Positions 18,048 to 24,581 of a stretch of DNA of 24,581 nucleotides are shown in pieces. Location of the stretch: the IMG/VR virus record IMGVR_UViG_3300038675_000336, positions 1 to 24,581 of that record. The stretch is one strand, 5' to 3'. A program made the translations under genes and the position numbers. Origin of the DNA: a virus. Taxonomy: Duplodnaviria; Caudoviricetes. The notes beneath the pieces are model-generated. The model did no database searches. It was not told the origin of the DNA and was given only the letters and a program-made list of their open reading frames with translations. Position 1 is the stretch's first letter. Each line of letters starts with the position of its first letter.

Positions 18048-18391
18048 TCAGCCTCCTTTGGTTCATTGGGCTTGGGTGTTTCAACCTTCGGCGTTTTAAC
18101 CTTTGGAGCCTTGGGGGCTGTATCGGCCTTTGGAGCCTTGGGGGCTTTGGGAGCGGTAGCCTTTTCGTTTGCCTTTGACAGCGTGCGGCGGTTTGCAACG
18201 ATTTCTTCCCTGGTCTTTACTTCGAGCAGCGCAAAAAGGATCTGATCTGCGTACTTGGAGGGACAACCAACGGCGGCCATGACGGTTGCATTGGTCGGAT
18301 CGGAAGCTTTGAGCAGCGTGAAGTCTGCCTGAGCGTGTGACGGGTCAACCAGTTCCCTGTAGTGCCTGTTCTTTTCTTTGAATGAATACAT
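17969..18391 (-). CDS. Putative tail assembly chaperone (G-like), 140 aa from MYSFKEK
   Basis: Directly follows the tail-tube-like gene. ATG 18391 has an A-rich leader, whereas the longer ORF start lies inside a hairpin. Contains a PK-rich linker and the slippery site. Confidence 0.7.
   Translation of the reverse strand: MYSFKEKNRHYRELVDPSHAQADFTLLKASDPTNATVMAAVGCPSKYADQILFALLEVKTREEIVANRRTLSKANEKATAPKAPKAPKADTAPKAPKVKTPKVETPKPNEPKEAEKKSQPKKSPSTQPSAGTKSSTKKYK
18100..18146. repeat. 20-bp direct repeat (27-bp period) encoding APKAPK in a low-complexity linker
   Basis: cctttggagccttgggggct at 18100-18119 and 18127-18146. Confidence 0.8.
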
Positions 18392-18406
18392 GTGTTTTGG
18401 TGTTAC

Positions 18407-18443
18407 GTAACACCGCACGTGCCGAAACACGTGCGGAGGTTAC
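18407..18443 (-). other. Intergenic stem-loop after the tail-tube gene
   Basis: ccgcacgtg-ccgaaa-cacgtgcgg with flanking gtaac/gttac; no U tract. Confidence 0.7.
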
Positions 18444-18446
18444 AGG

Positions 18447-19472
18447 TTAAGCGGTTTGAATCCGGGAACCACCAACCTCAACGAGGGTGGAAGCATCAAG
18501 CACTTTGAGTACCAGCTTGGAGCCGGCTTTAGCCGTCCAGGTTGCTGCATCTTCGAGCGTAAAGGCCGCTCCGTCTGCAACAGTGGCTGAATAGGTCGTA
18601 CCTGCACCCAATAGCGTGATAACACGCCCCTTGTCGGAGGCCGTCAAGCCGGAAATACCGGTGATGCCATACGTGGCCGATGATCCGTTTGGGATGGTGT
18701 AAACATCCTGTCCGGCAGTGATAGCCAGCGTGGTCTGTCCAGCCGTATGAGTACCGGCGGCCTGGAGCACCATTGAGCCTGTGTACTCGTGATATTGCTG
18801 GACGCCCTCACGTTTAAAGGTGTAGGTGACATAGCGTCCATCATTGTCCATCTTGTTTTCAAACGACTGGAAATAAACAGGCCTTTCGTAGGAGCCTAAA
18901 ATATACCGTGTGTCTGAATCAAGCTGTTTAAAGATGAGAATGAAACGTTTTCCTACATGCTGTTCGCTGAAGTTGAGCAATTGTTTTCGTTGTCCGGCCA
19001 TAACAATTGCAAACGTGTTTTCGCCGGTAACCGTAAACTCTCCCTTTTCCCCTGTGCTGAGGAAGGTTGGAGCGGTGTGGGCCATAAACTTTTTCATGTA
19101 TTCGCCGGTCTTCATCGGTAGGGTGCCTACTTCACGGGCGGCATTGGGTTTGGGGAAGGCTGACGCCGTATCAATCTGATCGGATACGTCAATCAGGTAG
19201 ACTTCACCCCATAGGTTTTTGCCGGTGGTGTCGGTGTCTGGGAGGTCGTCAAGGTTCCCGATGACCATCATGCTTGCAACCAGTGATCCGCCGCCTGTTC
19301 CGCCCCAGGTAAAGAGGTTTCCAAGGGTCGATGGTTCGATGCACAGGCTGACAATGGCGATCACTGCAATAATGGCAAAGATGCTCAGGGCGAGCATGGA
19401 AGCCATCCGGTGGTTGTATTTAGCTACACGCCGGTTGGCGGCACGTAGCACTTTGGCATTTTGTTTTTTCAT
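18447..19472 (-). CDS. Major tail (tube)-like protein with an N-terminal hydrophobic leader and a C-terminal beta domain, 341 aa
   Basis: Core pattern (GEKGE...FILIFKQ...YILGSYERP...YTFKR) resembles Bacteroidota siphophage tube proteins; followed by a frameshifted gene pair as in lambda V-G-GT. Confidence 0.65.
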   Translation of the reverse strand: MKKQNAKVLRAANRRVAKYNHRMASMLALSIFAIIAVIAIVSLCIEPSTLGNLFTWGGTGGGSLVASMMVIGNLDDLPDTDTTGKNLWGEVYLIDVSDQIDTASAFPKPNAAREVGTLPMKTGEYMKKFMAHTAPTFLSTGEKGEFTVTGENTFAIVMAGQRKQLLNFSEQHVGKRFILIFKQLDSDTRYILGSYERPVYFQSFENKMDNDGRYVTYTFKREGVQQYHEYTGSMVLQAAGTHTAGQTTLAITAGQDVYTIPNGSSATYGITGISGLTASDKGRVITLLGAGTTYSATVADGAAFTLEDAATWTAKAGSKLVLKVLDASTLVEVGGSRIQTA

Positions 19473-19518
19473 TTGTTTGTGAATGAAAGGGTTTTGAATG
19501 TTGTTTATTGTTCAACGA

Positions 19519-19547
19519 TGACCGGAGGGCTCATCACCCTCCGGTCA
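19519..19547 (-). other. Intergenic stem-loop after the capsid gene
   Basis: Perfect 11-bp stem tgaccggaggg/ccctccggtca with a 7-nt loop; no U tract on the coding strand. Confidence 0.75.
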
Positions 19548-19552
19548 GTTGG

Positions 19553-21643
19553 TTATCGAGCACCCGGAATGTTGGGCTGGGTGGCGGTGTTGATGGTGCG
19601 GACACCACCGACACAACGTTCGAGTTCCAGGAAGCCGTCACCATCGCTGTTGAGGATGACCATCAGGTAGTCACCAACGGCGGTTGGGGCGTAATCATCC
19701 GTGAGGCTTGCAAATTTGAGGGCCTTGGTTACTGTCGAGGCCTTGGTGATGCTGGTACATTCGATGATGTACGCAACACCCTTTTGAGCACCGGTGATGT
19801 CGGTGATGGCCGGTGCCGTGTCGCCTGTGTTGGTGATCGTTCCAAACCAAAAACCTTTGGTGGCGTCGCAAGTGGTAGCATCGGCAGTCAACAGCGTCAT
19901 GGGCTTGTTGATGAAGATTTGCTGCATGGCATATTTGTTGGCCTTGAGAGCTGCAAGCGTGGCAAATTTCTTTCCAACGAAGGCGGCGGTGGTGCCTTCC
20001 TTGCCGTTGGACCACATCATGACCTGTTCCATGAACTCCTGAACCTTCAGAGCGTAGATCTCTCCGGGGACGTTTTCAAGGAACTGTAGGTTCCCGGGCT
20101 GTTCGAGCCACATAAAGCAGTGTTGTTTCATGTTGGGAATCCACCTGATGGGCACCTCGGTGTCGGGAACCATGTTTGCATAGGAAGTCGGACCCGTGAA
20201 GTCCGTTTCCTTTCCGTAGGCTGTACGGATGCAGGAAATCCACCAGGGGCGGTGGTTTGCGTTCAGATTGATGGCAAAACCGTTGAGGTTTCCGCCAACC
20301 TTGGTGACATCTTCGAGCACCTGAGCAAGGAAAGCCTTGACAACCGACAACATCGTGGCGTTGGTGTAGCTTGCGAAGTCGTCATCATCATGAGGCAACA
20401 GCTTGTATTCCTTTTGATACCTGATCAAGGTATAGATCAAGCCGGTGCCGGCGGTCATGTAGGAACCAGCCTTACCGGTTTCGGGCTTCACATAGATACC
20501 CATAACCTTGCGTTCGTTGTACTCGTTCAGAGCTTGTTTCATCAAGCCCATGACGGTAAACTCAATCATCGACCACTTGATGGGGTCGGAACCGGAAGTG
20601 TTCAGGTAGCCGATGTACAAGCGTTCGATTTCCTTCATTGAGGTGAACTGAATCTTGATCATCAGGTCGTCAACGTGACCAATTTCGGGTTGCAGCGACA
20701 TGCCACCCTTGAAGATGTTTCCAGTCTGGAAGGCCTGGGATAGTTCGCTGAAGAAGGCGTTGGTGATCAACTCACGGTCTTGGACATTGTAGCGGGTATT
20801 GAAGAGACCAGCCACGCTTGGGATTTCCAGCAAGCGGGCGATGAGAGCATCCTGGCGGCGAACGACATACTGAGCACCCAGGCCAGCCTGGGACAGATCG
20901 GAGGTCGTGAAGGTCAAGCTTTTCAGCGTTTCGGGATGCAGCTGTCCGTTAGCATGCAGCGTTTGGAAGCGTTGCGAAAGAGATTCACCAAAATTTTCGA
21001 CAGCTGAACGGAAAGCCGTTTCAGTTTCTTTGCTCACCTGGCTGTTTGCGATGGCAAAGGCCGGATTGGCAGCCACCTGGTTCCAGCGGTTTTTGAGGGA
21101 AAACATCGGGTGATCGATGCCGTACAGGTGGGTGGCGTTTGTTCCGGGGCCGGAGACAACGAGCGTCATCACGGCATTGCCTGCCGGAACATCAGGTGTT
21201 GCTCTGTTTTGCATTGCGGAGACCTGGTTTTCGAGGGTTCTGTTGGTTTGGAGAATCGTAGCCAGCTGTTGAAGGATGGCGGCATTGTCGGGTTGCACCG
21301 TGTTGGCGGCTTGTGCCTGCGCTGCGGGTGGGTTGGAAGCAGCATCACCGGCATCTGCACCTTCAGCAGCTTGGGCAGCCCCTTCGGTTTGAGCACCTTC
21401 AGCGGCGGCAGTGTTTGCACTTTGCTCAGGCTGAGCAAGCATGGAGGCCACGCTGCGTCCAAGGGCAGCGTCCTGGAGCGTCTGCTGGTAAGCGGCATTG
21501 TCCTGGTCAAGGTCAGCGCCATACTCTTCCTTGTAGGCGGCCCTGACGGTAGTCCACTCAGCATCCGTCATCTTACCATCCTTAGCCTTTTGGACCAGGC
21601 CTTTTTTTTCAAAGATGGATTTTAACTGTTGAAGAAAGTTCAT
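19553..21643 (-). CDS. Major capsid protein with N-terminal scaffold-like region and C-terminal accessory domain, 696 aa
   Basis: Directly after the S49 protease; Ala/Gln-rich linker and coiled coil at the N-terminus; followed by a stabilising hairpin. Confidence 0.75.
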   Translation of the reverse strand: MNFLQQLKSIFEKKGLVQKAKDGKMTDAEWTTVRAAYKEEYGADLDQDNAAYQQTLQDAALGRSVASMLAQPEQSANTAAAEGAQTEGAAQAAEGADAGDAASNPPAAQAQAANTVQPDNAAILQQLATILQTNRTLENQVSAMQNRATPDVPAGNAVMTLVVSGPGTNATHLYGIDHPMFSLKNRWNQVAANPAFAIANSQVSKETETAFRSAVENFGESLSQRFQTLHANGQLHPETLKSLTFTTSDLSQAGLGAQYVVRRQDALIARLLEIPSVAGLFNTRYNVQDRELITNAFFSELSQAFQTGNIFKGGMSLQPEIGHVDDLMIKIQFTSMKEIERLYIGYLNTSGSDPIKWSMIEFTVMGLMKQALNEYNERKVMGIYVKPETGKAGSYMTAGTGLIYTLIRYQKEYKLLPHDDDDFASYTNATMLSVVKAFLAQVLEDVTKVGGNLNGFAINLNANHRPWWISCIRTAYGKETDFTGPTSYANMVPDTEVPIRWIPNMKQHCFMWLEQPGNLQFLENVPGEIYALKVQEFMEQVMMWSNGKEGTTAAFVGKKFATLAALKANKYAMQQIFINKPMTLLTADATTCDATKGFWFGTITNTGDTAPAITDITGAQKGVAYIIECTSITKASTVTKALKFASLTDDYAPTAVGDYLMVILNSDGDGFLELERCVGGVRTINTATQPNIPGAR

Positions 21644-21667
21644 TGTGAAATAATTTAGGGTGAATAA

Positions 21668-22639
21668 TTATAGAAGTCTCGTAATGCTCCTGTTTGTTCT
21701 TTGCTTGTTGATCCATGACTGCCCGGCATCGAACGCCGTTTGTACAGCATCTTCAAAAGAGGCAATCTCATCTACCAGTCCACATTCGGGTGTAATGGCC
21801 ACGGCGGCACGGTAGATTTCGCCACGTAGCACCGGGTTGGATCGCTCCATCTTGCCGATAATCGGCCTGGAGGCTTGAACCTCGGAAAGAAACTGCTCGT
21901 TGAGTGGATCAAGAATATCCTCGATAAACTGTTTGGGTTTGCCGGCAATCAGGTCGTCCGTCTTTTTATTTTTGAGGTCTGAATTGGTTGCTTTGGCCTC
22001 GATGGTTCTGATGCCCATCTTTTCATCAAACTTGCTCCAGTCATCAAAACTGACCATTGTACCTATTGATCCGATGAAATCATTATCGGTGTTGCAGATA
22101 ATTTTGTCGGCATGACAGCATATATAATAGGCTGCCGATGCGCACATTTGGCGCACAAAGCAAATGATAGGCTTGGTGTGGTTGCGGAGGGTCTTTGAAA
22201 CAGCGTCAAGGTAGTATGTCTCACCACCTGGCGACTTAACAAAGAAGAAATGGGCTGAAATAGCCGGGTTGGCTTCGGCTGCAAGGAAGTCACGCTCAAA
22301 CTGGATGGTGGAAAAATGCCATCGTGCCTCGGCCATGACAGGTCCGATGATGCGATGAAAGGCAATGGATCCTTCAGGTAATTCCGTTGAATCGTACTCC
22401 TCGGATAAGTAAATCAGCGGTTGATTAAGGTCGCTACCCGTTTTAACATCATTAATAAGGCCTTGTAAAAAAGGTTTTGTTTCTTCTCGATAGGTAACAG
22501 CATTGACAGGCTCTTTAACAAGCGTGTTGGCAGGGTTGTAAAGGCGGCGGAAATCATCCAGCGCCTTCTCATAAATAAACAGCCCGTCAGACATGATCAG
22601 TGATTGTATCTCACTGATCGGTGTTGAGTGTAAGCCCAT
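21668..22639 (-). CDS. S49 (SppA/ClpP-like) prohead protease, 323 aa
   Basis: KSPGG, MCASAAYYI (catalytic Ser), IGSIG and GLVDEI motifs. Confidence 0.92.
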   Translation of the reverse strand: MGLHSTPISEIQSLIMSDGLFIYEKALDDFRRLYNPANTLVKEPVNAVTYREETKPFLQGLINDVKTGSDLNQPLIYLSEEYDSTELPEGSIAFHRIIGPVMAEARWHFSTIQFERDFLAAEANPAISAHFFFVKSPGGETYYLDAVSKTLRNHTKPIICFVRQMCASAAYYICCHADKIICNTDNDFIGSIGTMVSFDDWSKFDEKMGIRTIEAKATNSDLKNKKTDDLIAGKPKQFIEDILDPLNEQFLSEVQASRPIIGKMERSNPVLRGEIYRAAVAITPECGLVDEIASFEDAVQTAFDAGQSWINKQRTNRSITRLL

Positions 22640-22655
22640 TTCGTGCGATTTTCAT

Positions 22656-22691
22656 CGAAGGTACCCGCACGAATGTGACTTACATAGGACG
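22656..22691 (-). promoter_or_regulatory. Putative phage late promoter (copy 5)
   Basis: CGTCCTAT-N20-TACCTTCG, 16 nt before ATG 22639. Confidence 0.7.
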
Positions 22692-23072
22692 TTAGATGGG
22701 GTTAACGGTGCTCAGACACTTGAAAACAAGCCGTGAGCGTTGGATACCTTTCTGAATCATGACCGTTCCTGGTATACGCCTTGAGCCAATTGGATATTGA
22801 TAGCCTTCGGTGTCGCTGATTACCATGATCGAACGGACAGGGCATGAAAACCGTTGAATCTCACTATCTGATGGGGTGTCAATGATAAAGGTCTGTGAGC
22901 AGTCAAATAATGTTCCTGAATCTGTAACTGACGAAAGCGGATCAAATCTGAACAGATCGGCTGCAAACTTATGAGCGGTTTGCGGTGAGGTCAACCAAGG
23001 CGATTCTTCGGTTGGTGACATTTCGGCAACTGGATATACCGAAAGGATGCTACTAAATTCTTTCATAACCAT
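22692..23072 (-). CDS. Phage hypothetical beta-rich protein, 126 aa
   Basis: Clean ORF with an A-rich leader; ISDTEGYQYPIGS...P motif. Confidence 0.75.
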   Translation of the reverse strand: MVMKEFSSILSVYPVAEMSPTEESPWLTSPQTAHKFAADLFRFDPLSSVTDSGTLFDCSQTFIIDTPSDSEIQRFSCPVRSIMVISDTEGYQYPIGSRRIPGTVMIQKGIQRSRLVFKCLSTVNPI

Positions 23073-23174
23073 TTGATTTACAATTACTAAACATTTGATG
23101 CGCGGTTTTATCCAACTTTACGGACGAAATAATACCAACTACTACTTTATTTTTTTTGAGCGTTTTAATATTTG

Positions 23175-23657
23175 TTAAGGTTTACGGTCATACTTGCGTC
23201 TGTTCTTTCTGCGAGCAATTTTCTGGTTGTGTCTCCAAATGTTTTTTTGGAGTGCATCTTCCGTTATGGAGTCAATGCAATACTCACACATGAACATATG
23301 AATCACCTTCTGGATAGTGTAAGGCATACCATTCATTCTGTTGTCATCGATGCGAGAATGGAGCTCCATGAACATAATCGCCTCAATCTTGTCTTCGATG
23401 ATTGACGTTGATTGTTTGTCCAGGTAGTTATACGTTAGCGGGCTTTTACCTTGGTGGTTTTGATCAAGCTCAAAGGTGAGGTTACCATCCTCAGTCAGTG
23501 GTACGTTTACCGGTCGCTTTCTCATCAGCTGCCACTTCATGTGATAAAGGTCGTCCTTGGTCGATAATTTGACCGGTGTCTTGTTGTCGCCATTATTGTA
23601 CTTTCCGTACATAAATTCGGCCAGGTGCTTTTTAACATTTACAGTTACGGTCATCAT
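23175..23657 (-). CDS. Phage protein, candidate DNA-binding late-gene regulator, 160 aa
   Basis: RHH-like N-terminus (VTVNVKKHLAEFM), HTH-like C-terminus (SITEDALQKNIWR) and a very basic tail; sits between the repeat region and the late genes. Confidence 0.6.
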   Translation of the reverse strand: MMTVTVNVKKHLAEFMYGKYNNGDNKTPVKLSTKDDLYHMKWQLMRKRPVNVPLTEDGNLTFELDQNHQGKSPLTYNYLDKQSTSIIEDKIEAIMFMELHSRIDDNRMNGMPYTIQKVIHMFMCEYCIDSITEDALQKNIWRHNQKIARRKNRRKYDRKP

Positions 23658-23712
23658 GGTTTTGGTCGTTTTTAGGGTAAATAAAAAAATGTTCCTTGGA
23701 ATCTTGATTTTT

Positions 23713-24049
23713 TGCGTCCTACAGTCCTACAGTCCTACAACTTTTACTAAGTTAGTCATTATTAACGACATAACCAAACGCTACCTGTAGTTTTTAGTCA
23801 AAAAGGCCGTCCTACACGTCCTACAAACCCCGTTTTTGTAGGATTGACGTTTTTAACTCAAAATGGGTCAATTCGTTAGTTTCTGACCTCAATCCTACAG
23901 CGTCCTACAAAAAACCTACAACCCTACACCCTTTATACTACTATACTATCTATTTTATAAAATATCTATCTATCTGTCTACATGCGTTTTATATAATATT
24001 TGTTGAAAACCTTTCAAAAAGTTGTAGGTCTGTAGGTCTGTAGGACGCA
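23713..24049. repeat. CCTACA iteron cluster bounded by a 33-bp inverted repeat; probable replication origin
   Basis: Arms 23713-23745 and 24017-24049 (31/33 match). I count 9 CCTACA and 4 TGTAGG copies. AT-rich core at about 23932-24005. Confidence 0.75.
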
Positions 24050-24210
24050 CTTTTTCCGAAATCCGAACACGAAAATAAAAGTGCTTTTCAATTGTTAAAA
24101 TTTTTTGGAAGGTTTGCGGCTCCCCCGTTTCCCCTTGTGTGCTAAAAGTTCTCCTTTTTTTCTATGGGGGTTTAAGGGGGTTATCTTTTTTTGTGAGGGT
24201 ATAAATGAAT

Positions 24211-24244
24211 GACGGGAAGCAATCACAAATGAAAGCCTCCCGTC
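24211..24244 (-). terminator. Probable terminator hairpin after the 73-aa gene
   Basis: gacgggaagc...gcctcccgtc inverted repeat followed on the minus strand by ATTCATTT. Confidence 0.55.
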
Positions 24245-24264
24245 CTCAGTATACAAATGAATGC

Positions 24265-24486
24265 TTAATCCGGTAACCTTGTTGGGTTGTTGCGTTGGAA
24301 GTCCTTAAACTCGCTGATAACCTCAAGCATGTCGTCCAGGAACTCCTGGGGACAGCCCTCCTTCTTTGCGGCGTCAAAATACCGTTCAAGGGTTGTAATT
24401 GAACAGATGTCTCGTGCTCTCAGGACAAACACGGGCTCCTCGTTGTAGATACATTTGCGTACTCGTTGTAATTGGTCTCGTCTCAT
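24265..24486 (-). CDS. Small phage hypothetical protein, 73 aa
   Basis: Clean ORF with an A-rich leader, EPVFVLRARD motif and terminal LPD. Confidence 0.75.
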   Translation of the reverse strand: MRRDQLQRVRKCIYNEEPVFVLRARDICSITTLERYFDAAKKEGCPQEFLDDMLEVISEFKDFQRNNPTRLPD

Positions 24487-24510
24487 GATAGTGAATAGTT
24501 AGTTGGTGAA

Positions 24511-24579
24511 TTATGCAGCTTGTTTTTGTTGGATCAATCCTTTGGCCGTGGCCTCCACAAGAGCGGTGGCCATGTGGAC
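24511..24579 (-). CDS. 3' end of an upstream gene, possibly a C5 cytosine DNA methyltransferase
   Basis: Reads VHMATALVEATAKGLIQQKQAA-stop, like the helix that follows motif X (GNAV) in C5 MTases. The motif itself lies outside the window. Confidence 0.35.
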   Translation of the reverse strand, partial: VHMATALVEATAKGLIQQKQAA

Positions 24580-24581
24580 TT

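Larger units (their letters stand above)
1..24581 (-). mobile_element. Bacteroidota tailed phage/prophage (siphovirus-like) structural, packaging and lysis region; both ends lie outside the window
   Basis: Co-oriented, tightly coupled genes with terminase, S49 protease, CHAP endolysin and tape-measure signatures. No sheath-like gene, integrase or att site seen. Confidence 0.95.

Noticed and set aside
18392-18430. Longer N-terminus (MFRHVRC...) of the 153-aa ORF
   Set aside because: It lies inside the intergenic hairpin; ATG 18391 has the better context.
21602-21609. GAA AAA AAA slippery heptamer near the capsid gene start
   Set aside because: The -1 frame stops after 6 codons; most likely ordinary Glu-Lys-Lys coding.
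52-23790. Many plus-strand and alternate-frame ORFs in the track (e.g. 6524-6997, 19508-20089, 20120-20641, 21110-21625)
   Set aside because: They are shadows of long minus-strand genes, with no recognisable motifs or plausible leaders.
23713-24049. CRISPR array or IS ends
   Set aside because: The repeats are 6-9 bp without regular unique spacers, and there is no cas or transposase gene in the window.
24070-24105. TATTTTCG on the minus strand as a sixth late promoter
   Set aside because: No GTCCT box at the 19-20 nt spacing.
1-24581. DGR, retron, contractile tail or alternative genetic code
   Set aside because: No reverse transcriptase motif, TR/VR pair or sheath-like gene was seen, and genes are full length with TAA, TAG and TGA all used as stops.

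Overview
The whole window is the late (virion morphogenesis and lysis) region of a Bacteroidota siphovirus-like phage or prophage, with every credible gene on the minus strand. In transcription order (right to left): the 3' end of an upstream gene (possibly a C5 DNA methylase), a 73-aa hypothetical, a 337-bp CCTACA-iteron region bounded by a 33-bp inverted repeat (probable origin), a 160-aa putative regulator, a 126-aa protein, S49 prohead protease, major capsid, major tail-tube-like protein, a frameshift-linked gene pair, two small-terminase candidates, large terminase, portal, three head/neck proteins, a five-gene lysis cassette, a PLD-fold fusion protein, a probable small RNA, a neck protein, tape measure, a tail protein and a tail-fibre-like gene that runs off the left edge. 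The host assignment rests on TAnnTT(T/C)G -7 promoter boxes, A-rich leaders without Shine-Dalgarno motifs, and Gln-starting signal peptides. The most notable items not in the ORF track are: five copies of a (T/C)GTCCT(T/A)T-N19/20-(T/C)AnnTT(T/C)G promoter, one of which appears to drive only a ~65-nt hairpin RNA; a -1 recoding site at an A9 run; a membrane-type leader on the tail-tube protein; and a C-terminal domain shared by capsid and tail tube. Product calls come from motifs read by eye and from gene context. No database search was run.
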